Position numbers and translations under genes: made by a program
Shown: positions 53,890-63,748 of the stretch, piece after piece
Layout: the number at the start of each line of letters is the position of its first letter
Position numbering within the stretch: position 1 is the stretch's first letter
Source of the DNA: Patescibacteria group bacterium
Lineage (GTDB): Bacteria > Patescibacteriota > Microgenomatia > UBA8517
Reading direction: 5' to 3'
DNA: 64,000 nt
Assembly: GCA_035291665.1 (NCBI GenBank)
Contig: DATDRP010000006.1
Span: 9,786-73,785, forward strand
Notes under the pieces: generated by a model
Databases searched by the model: none
Told to the model about the DNA's origin: nothing
What the model saw: the letters and a program-made list of their open reading frames with translations, nothing else

Positions 53890-55013
53890 GAATACTAATT
53901 GCAGTTACGTATTATAAACCGCATTGGACAGGCCTAACCCGATACGCGACCAACCTCTCGGAAAGTCTTGCAAAGAAAGGACATTTGGTAAGGGTAGTTT
54001 CAAATAAATTTTCGCAGCATCTCAGAAGTACTGAATCTATCAATCAGGTCAAAGTCTATCGGACGCCTTTTAATTTACGGGTTAGTCGAACACAAATTTC
54101 ACCCTTGTTTATTTTTTACTATCTGAAACTTCTTCTTAAGACCAATAAGGTAATAATATTTCTACCGCTTACTGAGACTTTGTTCTTAACGCTTTTGTCA
54201 AAGCTTTTGAATAAAAAGACCTATCTTGTCCACAACGGTGACTTAGTGCTTCCGAATGGAGTTATTAATTCAATTATTGAAAGGATTTATTATTTAACAA
54301 CCAATTTGTCGATTACTCTGGCCGATGGAATTGTTGTCCATACAAAAGATTATTCGCAACACTCCTTGCTTTTATCAAGGCATAGAAAGAAGTGGATTGT
54401 TATTCCAAATCCCTGCAAAATAGATAAACCGCGGAAGAAATTGATACAGAGTCTGGTTAAAAAATATAAATTATCAGGAAAAATCCTAATCGGATTTGCC
54501 GGAAGATTTGTTGAAGAAAAAGGAGTGGTACACCTACTTAAAGCCATACCGTTTGTAAAAAAGGTGCTTCCTAATGCAGTTTTTGTTTTTGCGGGTCAGA
54601 AAAAAGTTGTATATGAAAACTATTGGAAAAGTATTTCTCCATTATTTGAGAAGTACAAAGAGGATATTAAATTTATCGGGTTAATTCAAAACAGGAAAAT
54701 CATGGCGGCTTTTTATGCAATGCTTGACGTTTTTGTGCTTCCGTCGGTTACCGATTGTTTCCCAAATACTCTGATAGAATCCATGTTATGCGGTACGCCG
54801 GTTGTTTGTTCGGATATTCCGGGAGCAAGACAGATTGTTAAAATGTCCGGAATGGGTGAGCTAGCAAAAGTAAAAGCACCCCTCTTACTTGCTGAGAAAA
54901 TTATTAAAGTAGTGAAATTCAAAAGAGAGTATTTCAAAGCCCGGGAAATTATTGAGCATATATTTAACTTTGACAAAGCAATAAATGAATACCAAAAAAT
55001 TATTAATCGCTAA
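53886..55013 (+). CDS. glycosyltransferase family 4 (GT-B, RfaG-like)
   Basis: GFAGRFVEEKGVVHLLKA ... VLPSVTDCFPNTLIESMLCGTPVVCSDIPGARQIV corresponds to the EX7E-type GT4 motif region. The start overlaps the upstream stop (ATGA). Confidence 0.8.
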   Translation: MRILIAVTYYKPHWTGLTRYATNLSESLAKKGHLVRVVSNKFSQHLRSTESINQVKVYRTPFNLRVSRTQISPLFIFYYLKLLLKTNKVIIFLPLTETLFLTLLSKLLNKKTYLVHNGDLVLPNGVINSIIERIYYLTTNLSITLADGIVVHTKDYSQHSLLLSRHRKKWIVIPNPCKIDKPRKKLIQSLVKKYKLSGKILIGFAGRFVEEKGVVHLLKAIPFVKKVLPNAVFVFAGQKKVVYENYWKSISPLFEKYKEDIKFIGLIQNRKIMAAFYAMLDVFVLPSVTDCFPNTLIESMLCGTPVVCSDIPGARQIVKMSGMGELAKVKAPLLLAEKIIKVVKFKREYFKAREIIEHIFNFDKAINEYQKIINR

Positions 55014-55824
55014 AAACATTTTAGATACCGAATTAGATCCGGCTTTCAAAAGAAGAGCTTGGTTTATTCTGAACAACCTTAACCTGAAGGGGAAAGAGAA
55101 GATTCTTGATTTGGGTTGCGGACGCGGTTTCTATTTAAATTTACTGGCTGCACTTTATGAGAATGCCCAATTAACCGGTTGTGATAAGAATTCCAGGTAT
55201 CTGAAGCAGGCTAAAGTTTTATTGAGCGGGAAGCAGAATGTCAAGTTACAAGAAGCGGATGCAGCCAAATTACCATTTCCCAAAAATACTTTTGACCGGG
55301 TAATTGCAAGTGAAATTTTGGAACATGTAATGAATGACGACTTAGTAATTAAAGAAATCTACAGGATATTAAAACCCAATGGCACCCTTTTAATAACAGT
55401 TCCCAATAAAGATTACCCTTTCTTGTGGGATCCCTTAAATTGGATATTGGAAAAAACACTGAATTTGCATATACCTTCCGATATTTGGTGGCTTGCAGGT
55501 ATTTGGGCTGATCACAGGCGGCTTTATTCCAAAAAAGAACTTATTTCAAAACTGGAATTTAATAAATTTAAAATTACAAAGTCGGAATATGCCACCCATT
55601 ACAGTTTTCCGTATATACAATTTTTCTTGTACGCAATTGGAAAAAATCTCGTAGAAATGGGTTATTTTACAAACTTCTCCCGTTTTGGAAAGAAAAAAAA
55701 CAAAAATCTGCTTGTGGGAATAGTAAAAAATATTATATATTTCTTTGACGATTTCAATGAAGGCGGGGATAAAAGTATGAGATCCGTAAACATCCTATTC
55801 AGCGCCAAAAAAGAAGCGCTCTGA
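54985..55824 (+). CDS. class I SAM-dependent methyltransferase
   Basis: ILDLGCGRGFYLNLLA (motif I), FDRVIASEILEHV, ILKPNGTLLITVPN. Confidence 0.8.
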   Translation: MNTKKLLIAKNILDTELDPAFKRRAWFILNNLNLKGKEKILDLGCGRGFYLNLLAALYENAQLTGCDKNSRYLKQAKVLLSGKQNVKLQEADAAKLPFPKNTFDRVIASEILEHVMNDDLVIKEIYRILKPNGTLLITVPNKDYPFLWDPLNWILEKTLNLHIPSDIWWLAGIWADHRRLYSKKELISKLEFNKFKITKSEYATHYSFPYIQFFLYAIGKNLVEMGYFTNFSRFGKKKNKNLLVGIVKNIIYFFDDFNEGGDKSMRSVNILFSAKKEAL

Positions 55825-55827
55825 ATA

Positions 55828-57471
55828 TCAGTACTCCGAAGTCGGAATGTCCTTTTTGGCAACCAGATAGTACGCGATATCCATTCTGTTCGGATAGTAA
55901 ATTATTTTTTTAACTTCAAAATTTACCGGATATGTTTCTCCCGGAGTAACTGCAAATAAGGTATTATCTCCGAAAATAAATGTCTGAGAACTGTTAACAA
56001 AGATTGTTTTTGTCGTAGGCGGGTACTTAAAGAAACGAATATACAGATCGGGTAAATACGCAATGTAAGGGGTTACGCCAAGATGGCTATACTTACCGGG
56101 TTCGGATACAAAGTAATTATAAATTTGGCGGAATCCATATTGCCATCCGGAGTAACCGGCTGCGTTGGTATTATATTCATAAGCGAATGATATTTTGATT
56201 TCCTTAAAAGAAAAGCATGCAATGTAAACCAAGATCATTACTGGAATCAGCATCCGAATAGCAATTGTTGAATTGACAGCGTGTTTCAAAATTGAATTGA
56301 TTCCGTATATTATGATGATAAAAATTATCGGGAGAAGTACAACTGATCTGATACTGTCAAATCCCCTGATTGTCAAAGATGCCGGTATAATTCCGACAAC
56401 AAATGAAAAGATTAAAAGAAAATAAAAAGCTCTATTTTTACCCTTATTAGTGACAACCCCTTTAAGAATTGAGAGAATTCCCAGAATAATGAACGGAATG
56501 GTGTAACGCGGCAACAGTGATGTTCCCCAGATGCTATGTCTATAAACCGGAAAGTCAGGTGGTAAATAATTGTTGACAAAATAATTTCTAATCGAAAAGT
56601 GGCTGGCGATATTTTTTATAAAACAGTAGGTTATGCTTTTACATTGTGTCAGTTCGTCTGCCCGGTATAAAAAACTTCCCTCAATGAAGAGTTTTATCGA
56701 AGGCAGAAGGGTGAAGATCGCGAGAACGCTGAAAATAAGAAAATATTTAGGCAGCAAGGTTTTTAAACTACGATACTTTATAAGCGAATAAAAAAGAAAA
56801 TATATTAAGAACGCAAGCGCGAAAAGTCTTCCCGGTACATAAGCCCAATATAAAAAACTGAGTATCAGAGAAAAAACAAAACACTTGAGGTTCGACGGTT
56901 CCTTGGGATCTGAGAAAATCCTATTTATGTAAAAAACACTCAATAAAAAAATAAAGCAGACGAGGATTGTATCCATCGCAAATCTTGATACCAAAAACGC
57001 CCAAGAAGTTGACGGCCATATGAGAATACCCAAAAAAATACTATTTAATAAAACTCGTTTTTTCAGAAGTTTATATAAAAGGATGACTATTAAAAGTGAA
57101 ATACAAACACTCGCAAGTCTGACGGAAAATTCGTTTAATCCGAATATAGTCACGAAAGGTATCAGAAGATAAGTGTATATTGAATGGTTGCGCATGGTTT
57201 CTCCCGGGTTTTGAAAAGTAAAAGGTAAAAATTCATGATTTGATGAAAATCCTTTTGTCGTAATTATTGAATAAGCTTCATATCCATATATAGACTCATC
57301 GATGAAAAATCCCGGTGGGTTTTTGTCCAACCGGTAGGTCAGTATCAGGAAAAGGTAAAAGAAAATAAATCCGAGAATTATTTTGTTTGGGTGTTTGAAA
57401 AATTCAGTGAGCTTTATTTGCAGGGCGATATTATATTTCCGATGTATTGAGTCTGAAAAAAATTTTCTCAT
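55828..57471 (-). CDS. GT-C fold glycosyltransferase, family 39/83 (PMT/ArnT)-like, tandem paralog 1
   Basis: 547 aa, polytopic, with NPPGFFIDESIYGYEAYSI (DE loop motif) after TM1. Confidence 0.55.
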   Translation of the reverse strand: MRKFFSDSIHRKYNIALQIKLTEFFKHPNKIILGFIFFYLFLILTYRLDKNPPGFFIDESIYGYEAYSIITTKGFSSNHEFLPFTFQNPGETMRNHSIYTYLLIPFVTIFGLNEFSVRLASVCISLLIVILLYKLLKKRVLLNSIFLGILIWPSTSWAFLVSRFAMDTILVCFIFLLSVFYINRIFSDPKEPSNLKCFVFSLILSFLYWAYVPGRLFALAFLIYFLFYSLIKYRSLKTLLPKYFLIFSVLAIFTLLPSIKLFIEGSFLYRADELTQCKSITYCFIKNIASHFSIRNYFVNNYLPPDFPVYRHSIWGTSLLPRYTIPFIILGILSILKGVVTNKGKNRAFYFLLIFSFVVGIIPASLTIRGFDSIRSVVLLPIIFIIIIYGINSILKHAVNSTIAIRMLIPVMILVYIACFSFKEIKISFAYEYNTNAAGYSGWQYGFRQIYNYFVSEPGKYSHLGVTPYIAYLPDLYIRFFKYPPTTKTIFVNSSQTFIFGDNTLFAVTPGETYPVNFEVKKIIYYPNRMDIAYYLVAKKDIPTSEY

Positions 57472-59192
57472 TTTATTCTTTTGTAGATAATGACTTTCGG
57501 ATGGTCATAGACTGTAAATGCTTCTTCGGACCGGTCGTCAGGAATAGGTATGTTAACAAACGGAATAGTAGGATAGGAGGTAATTTCTGCCACTTTAATA
57601 AATTGAAGTTTTCCGTTAAAAAGATCATTGTAAAATTTTGAAGTGATAGGATATTTTTCCGGAACTTTCGGTATTGATCCCCACAGACGGTTTGAAGAAA
57701 GGATCAAATAATCGATACTTTTAAGCTGAGAATTTATTTTTTCCCATTTTTCCCGCGACTCCGGATTAAAAAGTTCGAGCGTCTCGGTTTTATATTTTTG
57801 AGCATAATTGGTTACGTTTAATGTTAATGGCAGGCAATCGTCCCAATATTCACAGGAAACCGTTGAACCTTCAGGAATATATTTGTAGATCCAAGCTGAT
57901 GCGGAAACCCTTGAGTGGGGGCGGCTGTAAATCTGCACGAATGACAAGGGCCAGACAAGAAGAAGTAAGTAGTAGGCAGTAAGCAGCAGGTAATTATTTT
58001 TCATTAATGGGAAAAGGTGTTTTATAGAAAAATATGCGATCACAATTGCATATAGCGGATACGCGGGGTAAAAATACCTCATACTTGGGGCGGATTGGAT
58101 ACTTTGATATCCGGTTAAAATAGTTATTGATGAAATTAAAAGAAATATCTGCAATTCCTCAATGCTTAAAGTTTTTAAATTGTTAATGGAGAATTTTCGC
58201 CTGAAAATTTTTGCTAGTTTTTTTAGAATACCCATTGATAAATACACAAACCCCCCAGTAAGCAATAGTGTTTGAGGTATTCCGATACCCCAAATAAATA
58301 TATTTTTCAGAGAGAAGAAAACAGGATTTATTTTTATCCACTGAACGTTCGGAGGAAAATATGTATCCGGATCGCTGAAATTTTGAAGCTGTTTTAAGTT
58401 GTTTAAAAAATTTAGATTAATTTTTGGAACAAATAAATTGTTTGAGAAGACGTGGGGATCAAGAAATCGGTATGCCAAATATGCAATAATCGCTGTAAGC
58501 AGTAAGCAGGACACTGTAAGTGAGAACTTCTTCTGTTTAGTTAAATGAATCAAATACCCCAATAAGACAATTGGAACAAAAAGGATTGCGGAAACCTTAC
58601 AGGCAAATGCTGCCCCCAGCGATAATCCGGTTAAAGCTGGATAAATTATATTTTTTGATTTTACGGTTTTCAATAAAAAGAAGAGTGAAAGAGTCATAAA
58701 GAAGGTTAGCGGCGGATCGACGGTGAAGAAATGAGAAAGTTGTATTGGAAGAACTAAAGTTGCATATACAAACGCGGATAGTAAAGCGGTCTTTTCATTA
58801 AAAATTAAATTTGATATCTTGTAGACGAGAAATAAAACTCCGACATCAAACAAAACGGATAAAAGCCTTCCTGTCAGGGCGATATTATTATAGCTGTAAT
58901 TATCGAGTATCAATATTTGCGACAACCGCTTATTAATAGTTGTCGGTAGGGTTCCGTATACAAAAAAATCGTACCCCTGATTATTAGGGTTTAATGTTGA
59001 AATTGAAGGATTAAGATAAGATGATAAATTATTTGGCCAATATAAAGCACCCACAACCATTGTTAAAAATCTTTCGTCAGGATGAAGATGCTGATTTTGA
59101 TCCCAGTTTAAACCAACAATCCGTAAGGTTAAGGAAAAAATTATGATTACCAACAACAGGAATTTGTTAGACAGTTTTATTAAGGATTTCAT
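57468..59192 (-). CDS. GT-C fold glycosyltransferase, family 39/83 (PMT/ArnT)-like, tandem paralog 2
   Basis: 574 aa. HLHPDERFLTMVVGALYW loop motif; the C-terminal tail EEAFTVYDHPKVIIYKR is shared with paralog 3. Confidence 0.55.
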   Translation of the reverse strand: MKSLIKLSNKFLLLVIIIFSLTLRIVGLNWDQNQHLHPDERFLTMVVGALYWPNNLSSYLNPSISTLNPNNQGYDFFVYGTLPTTINKRLSQILILDNYSYNNIALTGRLLSVLFDVGVLFLVYKISNLIFNEKTALLSAFVYATLVLPIQLSHFFTVDPPLTFFMTLSLFFLLKTVKSKNIIYPALTGLSLGAAFACKVSAILFVPIVLLGYLIHLTKQKKFSLTVSCLLLTAIIAYLAYRFLDPHVFSNNLFVPKINLNFLNNLKQLQNFSDPDTYFPPNVQWIKINPVFFSLKNIFIWGIGIPQTLLLTGGFVYLSMGILKKLAKIFRRKFSINNLKTLSIEELQIFLLISSITILTGYQSIQSAPSMRYFYPAYPLYAIVIAYFSIKHLFPLMKNNYLLLTAYYLLLLVWPLSFVQIYSRPHSRVSASAWIYKYIPEGSTVSCEYWDDCLPLTLNVTNYAQKYKTETLELFNPESREKWEKINSQLKSIDYLILSSNRLWGSIPKVPEKYPITSKFYNDLFNGKLQFIKVAEITSYPTIPFVNIPIPDDRSEEAFTVYDHPKVIIYKRIK

Positions 59193-60795
59193 ATAATTGC
59201 TGTTCAGGCATACCTACGGTCTTTTTGTATATTGTGACAACCGGATGGTCAAAAACAGTGAACGTTTCTTCCGAATTTACCTCATCATTATAGAATAGAT
59301 TAAAAGAACCGATTTTTAGTTCCGGAAATGAAGATAGACTGGCAACTTTATTAAAACCGAGTTCACCCGAGAATAATTTCTTGTAAAAATTAGCTACATG
59401 GGGGAAGTTTTCTTTATTGTGATTAAGATATACCCGCCTGCTTTGAATGATAAAATAATCAGCTTTTGACAATTCCCCAGAAAGTTTTGAGATATTAACT
59501 CCACTTTCTTCAAGGTTGTAAAAATCAAACGTGTTTTTGTAATAATTTCCTGCAAGCGGGACTTCTAAAGTATTAGCCCCTTCTGTAAGGATAGATGAAT
59601 TTTCAGGTATATTTTCGTTTATCCAAGACGTTGCCTGAACGCGGACATCACTTTTTAGATAGATTCCAAAAAACATAAATGCCCAAATGATTGTTGGGAA
59701 AAAATATAAGATAGCAAAAGGCAACAACACTCCATTTTTTAATTTGCTTCTTACAGCAAAATATGCCCAAACAGAAAAGACAACAATCAAAGGAAATGCC
59801 GGATTTATAAATCGGGTCCATTTTGCAAAAAGGAATGAATTAGGGAAAAATAAAATTGCAAAATACGAAAGAACGATAATAAGAATTCTTTCTTTTGCTG
59901 GATTTTTTAGGATCATGAATGTTGCCAAGAGAAATCCAATGATAAAAAATATAAGAACAGTAGGACCAACCGTAAATGGAAGGATTTTTGTCAGTTGAAA
60001 TAATAGTGGTTTTGTATTTTCGAAAGACCTTGTGTAAAAAACCGGTAAGCTGCCCGTTGCCACTCCGCTCTCATAAGAAATTACTCCGGAAAAATTTTGA
60101 AAATCCAAAATACTGTATGGAAAACTGATGAAAAATGTGATGAACATACTGACAAAAAAGACAACCGTATCCAGCAATTTTTTAAGTAAACCAAGTCTCT
60201 CGGAAATAATAAATACAAATATTAAAGGGAAAAGGGTGAGGCCTGTTATTTTGGTACCGGTTGCAAAACCCAAACAAGCTCCAGCCGCCGCGAGATGATA
60301 AATTGATTTTGACTCACAAAAACTCAAATAAAAGAATAAGGTTGTTAGTAAAAAAAACGTTAATGTTGACTCTGGCGTCAGAAAATGTGCTTGCTGAATT
60401 GCTCCCGGGATCGTGGCCATAACAAACGCCGTTGCCAGGGCTAACATCTTTTTTTTGAAAAGCTTTTTCGACACAAGATATACGATTGGTATGGTGAGAG
60501 TCGAAAACAAAGCACTATAAAATCTTCCTATAATAAAGGGGCTTATTTGTGATAGGTGCGGAAGCGTTAAAACGAGAATTTTTTGGGTTGCATAAATAAG
60601 ATAAACAATAAAAGATCCGTAGGAAAAAAGTTGAGGATTGAGATTTTGAGAACTTAATCGGGAAACTGCGATGACGATGTGATATTCATCAGGATGGAAG
60701 TAATACCCCTGACCCCAGTTTAATTTATAAAAGCGTAAAAATCCTCCAAGCAATATTATTGCGATTAATAAAAATATTCGGGTGATTTTTTTCAT
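59167..60795 (-). CDS. GT-C fold glycosyltransferase, family 39/83 (PMT/ArnT)-like, tandem paralog 3
   Basis: 542 aa. FHPDEYHIVIAVSRL loop motif; C-terminal EETFTVFDHPVVTIYKK. Confidence 0.55.
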   Translation of the reverse strand: MKKITRIFLLIAIILLGGFLRFYKLNWGQGYYFHPDEYHIVIAVSRLSSQNLNPQLFSYGSFIVYLIYATQKILVLTLPHLSQISPFIIGRFYSALFSTLTIPIVYLVSKKLFKKKMLALATAFVMATIPGAIQQAHFLTPESTLTFFLLTTLFFYLSFCESKSIYHLAAAGACLGFATGTKITGLTLFPLIFVFIISERLGLLKKLLDTVVFFVSMFITFFISFPYSILDFQNFSGVISYESGVATGSLPVFYTRSFENTKPLLFQLTKILPFTVGPTVLIFFIIGFLLATFMILKNPAKERILIIVLSYFAILFFPNSFLFAKWTRFINPAFPLIVVFSVWAYFAVRSKLKNGVLLPFAILYFFPTIIWAFMFFGIYLKSDVRVQATSWINENIPENSSILTEGANTLEVPLAGNYYKNTFDFYNLEESGVNISKLSGELSKADYFIIQSRRVYLNHNKENFPHVANFYKKLFSGELGFNKVASLSSFPELKIGSFNLFYNDEVNSEETFTVFDHPVVTIYKKTVGMPEQQLYEILNKTV

Positions 60796-60890
60796 AACAA
60801 TTCATTTTAATCAAAAGATTTACGTTTCGCGAGTATACATAATAATTGTTAAGTTAAACCCATTTGAGGTTTTGGGAATCCGGAATGGGA

Positions 60891-61382
60891 TTAAGATTTG
60901 AGAAGTTTTGTCGAAACGGAAAGAAGAATAACTCCTGAACCCAAAAAGATTAATGTATAACTACTGTTTCCGGCATCCGGAAGGTTTCCTTTTGAAGTTT
61001 GCGGAAGTGACGTAGGGAGCGGCTGTGTTGTCGGAACAAATGCCGATGTGGGTTTGGCAGTTGGAGTAATTGGTGCATTAGTTGGGGTTAAGGCTGGTTT
61101 AACGGTAGGAAGTAAAGTCGGCGATACGCTTGCCGTCGGAATAGCGGTTGGTACAAGGGTTACTTGGGGAATGACAATCGGAGTAGGACTTGGTGCTTGT
61201 GCCACCAATCCTGAAGTCGGGGTAATTGTGGTTGAAGAGGTAACCTGCTCTTTGTTTTTTAAAAAAAGGTTATAAGCTGCAAAACCACCGATACCGGTGA
61301 ATATTATTAAGGACAGAATAATAAGAAAAGGGATGATGCTCCTTTTTTCCTGAGGTTGGATATTTTGTATTTCATTTGGCAT
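60891..61382 (-). CDS. Pro-Thr-rich surface protein with a C-terminal sorting-signal-like tail (LPDAG + hydrophobic + KLLKS)
   Basis: An N-terminal signal anchor, about 90 aa of PT-rich linker, then LPDAGNSSYTLIFLGSGVILLSVSTKLLKS (motif, TM, basic tail architecture). Confidence 0.45.
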   Translation of the reverse strand: MPNEIQNIQPQEKRSIIPFLIILSLIIFTGIGGFAAYNLFLKNKEQVTSSTTITPTSGLVAQAPSPTPIVIPQVTLVPTAIPTASVSPTLLPTVKPALTPTNAPITPTAKPTSAFVPTTQPLPTSLPQTSKGNLPDAGNSSYTLIFLGSGVILLSVSTKLLKS

Positions 61383-61398
61383 GATGATTTTTTAATTT

Positions 61399-62205
61399 TC
61401 AGATATCAGTAAGGGGAAAAGTTTCAGATTCGGGAACATAATCATCGGTTGCGTGAGTTGCGTTTTGGCGGTAATCGTATGAATTTTTTAGGATGATAGG
61501 TGGAATCGGTTTTGCAAGTTGGGGGTAAGTTGTTACAGATGAAATATTTTTACTGTTAGTGAGGATTTCCAATTCGACGAGAGTGTTTTTCTTGTCCAGA
61601 AGGATATAGGAATTTAAATCTTTGGTGTGTGCAGAAGAAATAAGAATTGCCCAAGTTCCATCCCTATCGGTTTGAGTTGATAAAAGCGATCCTCCTCCGA
61701 CGGTTGCGTAGACAATCGCTTTTTCCTGTGGTTGTGCGTTGTCAGAAAATACCTGTCCGTAAATTACCATGCTTTCATTCAGATTGATCGTTTTTGTGGC
61801 AGTCGTGAATTGAAATGGTTGTTTTTCGTTATAATAATCAATTCCCTTTGAATTAATTACAAAAAAATATTTCTTCCCCTCGTCTAAATTATCAAGTTTG
61901 AAATAGTGGGTTGTTCCGGTGCTTTCATCTTCGGGGAGAATTGTTTTATCGATGAGGTACTGAGTTTGTCCGTATCTAATAAATCCAAAAGTTTCCGTGT
62001 CTGTTGTCCATGAGATATTTACCGAATCTTCTGTAATATTTGAAACCCTGATGTTGGCAGGAAAAGTATTTTCATTAGCCCCCAAACGGAAAAGCTGTTT
62101 ACCATTTATTATAAAAACACCCGCCGCAACACCAATTATGAGTGAAATTATTCCGACCACAGTCGGGATTTTGCTTTTTTTATAAACTGTCGGTTTGTCT
62201 TTCAT
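61399..62205 (-). CDS. membrane-anchored extracellular protein with FN3-like and CarboxypepD_reg-like beta domains
   Basis: N-terminal TM; PANIRVSNITEDSVNISWTTDTETFGFIRYGQT (FN3/PKD-like); MVIYGQVFSDNAQPQEKAIVYATVGGGSLLSTQTDRDGTWAI. Confidence 0.4.
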   Translation of the reverse strand: MKDKPTVYKKSKIPTVVGIISLIIGVAAGVFIINGKQLFRLGANENTFPANIRVSNITEDSVNISWTTDTETFGFIRYGQTQYLIDKTILPEDESTGTTHYFKLDNLDEGKKYFFVINSKGIDYYNEKQPFQFTTATKTINLNESMVIYGQVFSDNAQPQEKAIVYATVGGGSLLSTQTDRDGTWAILISSAHTKDLNSYILLDKKNTLVELEILTNSKNISSVTTYPQLAKPIPPIILKNSYDYRQNATHATDDYVPESETFPLTDI

Positions 62206-62208
62206 GTC

Positions 62209-62523
62209 TTAAATTTCCGGTTGCGAACTTGGAGAAGCCGTCGGTGTTTCAGTCACATTTATAATTTCCTCAACTTCGATAGTGGTAGGTGTGGGAGTGG
62301 GAAGAACAATACTGCTTTTTTCAAAATAAACTCCCTTTTCTATCTCGGATAATGTGTCTCTGTCTAAAGTTGGAACTATAGGTGACAGAATTGCTTCGTC
62401 AACATTTATTTGGGGAGTTTTTCTGATCGCCCGATAGACATCAAAAAAGATCCAGGCGAATATCGTAATTGTTGTCATCACGGCCAGATTTACTAGTTTT
62501 GGTACCTTTTGTCTTCTTGTCAT
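62209..62523 (-). CDS. small membrane-anchored PT-rich protein (104 aa)
   Basis: One TM, then PTPTPTTIEVEE...TPTASPSSQPEI. It overlaps its neighbours by 4 nt in an operon arrangement. Confidence 0.35.
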   Translation of the reverse strand: MTRRQKVPKLVNLAVMTTITIFAWIFFDVYRAIRKTPQINVDEAILSPIVPTLDRDTLSEIEKGVYFEKSSIVLPTPTPTTIEVEEIINVTETPTASPSSQPEI

Positions 62524-63194
62524 TTAATATTTTTATTTTCAGGTTTTCTATATGGAGATTGCAAATTTGAAAGACTGAGAATTAATTTTGTACGGTCAAT
62601 ATCCGGAACTGCATCAATTGAAATTGACTCAAATTTGATTGGCCTTCTCAGGTCTTCAATATCTTTTGTGAGTTTTATCAATTTTTCATAATCTCCTTCA
62701 GCCCCCATTGTAAAGGTTATAATGTCGGTGGTTTTAACAGTTTCCTCTTCCGATTTCGAATCAGGTTTTTCTTCCTCCCCCAAAAGACTTACATCAGACA
62801 TCGATAAGGTCGAAATTTTAACCTGGTCAAGGTACGCCAATTCCTCAATTTGAAGTAGTAGTTTTTCCGGACTTGGCCCTTCGGGAATTGCTTCATATAC
62901 CAATTTTATTTTATTTTCCTCTTCCGAGAATAGCTTTTGTGCCGTACTCAGATTATTGATTTTGGTTTTCATTGTCTCCAAAACTTTTTCTTTTTCGTCA
63001 ATTTCCCGTATCAGTATACCGATAGTTTTTAAGGTCGGGCGAATTGCAAAGACTCCGAATAAACTGATGGCGGTTAAAGTTAATAAAATTTCCAAATACG
63101 CCTTAAGTTCAGGTCTTTTGTTATATTCAACAATCGTTCTTCTTACCAATGATTTGCTTCTTATATAGCGTTCTCTCCAAGATAAGTCACTCAT
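62520..63194 (-). CDS. pilO: type IV pilus assembly protein PilO-like
   Basis: A single N-terminal TM (LEILLTLTAISLFGVFAIRP), a coiled coil, and a C-terminal beta domain. It overlaps the pilN stop (ATGA). Confidence 0.5.
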   Translation of the reverse strand: MSDLSWRERYIRSKSLVRRTIVEYNKRPELKAYLEILLTLTAISLFGVFAIRPTLKTIGILIREIDEKEKVLETMKTKINNLSTAQKLFSEEENKIKLVYEAIPEGPSPEKLLLQIEELAYLDQVKISTLSMSDVSLLGEEEKPDSKSEEETVKTTDIITFTMGAEGDYEKLIKLTKDIEDLRRPIKFESISIDAVPDIDRTKLILSLSNLQSPYRKPENKNIK

Positions 63195-63748
63195 AGTTTT
63201 TTATAGTAGGAAACAATAGAAAATCTGAAAAAAGTTTGATTTTCATCTACAGCCAAAGCATCGAGTTTCACAGATTCAAATTTATCACTAGATTTTAAAT
63301 TTGCCAGATACTGATGAATTCCGGTTTCAGAAATTGAAACCCCTTTTACAGTGACTTTTTCGGAGTTTGAATCAACAGATTCAAAAAAAACTTCATCGGG
63401 TTTATATGCCACTGCTTCGATAATTCCATCCAATAAAAATCCCTTACCCTGTTTATAAAGATCGTATATCGCCAATTTTTCCTGAGTTCCTTTGAAGTCT
63501 TTCTCGAAATCGGATAAAGATAAGATCACGGCTTTTGAGTCATTGACTTCATCAGTCAGGTCTGTATTTTTTGCGTCAAGCCAAAAACGCGACAGGAATG
63601 CAAAAATGACAACCAATTCAGTGATGATTAATACCATCCTGAATGTTGTCAGTATCCAAAGAAGGACGCGACCGGACGTTGTTGCTCCAAGTCCCTCTCT
63701 CGGTAATAGATTTATTTGTGCTATTTTGGACTTTTTCTTGGCAGGCAT
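63191..63748 (-). CDS. pilN: type IV pilus assembly protein PilN-like
   Basis: N-terminal KIAQINLLPREG (INLLP is the PilN hallmark) followed by a single TM and a periplasmic domain. Confidence 0.6.
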   Translation of the reverse strand: MPAKKKSKIAQINLLPREGLGATTSGRVLLWILTTFRMVLIITELVVIFAFLSRFWLDAKNTDLTDEVNDSKAVILSLSDFEKDFKGTQEKLAIYDLYKQGKGFLLDGIIEAVAYKPDEVFFESVDSNSEKVTVKGVSISETGIHQYLANLKSSDKFESVKLDALAVDENQTFFRFSIVSYYKKL

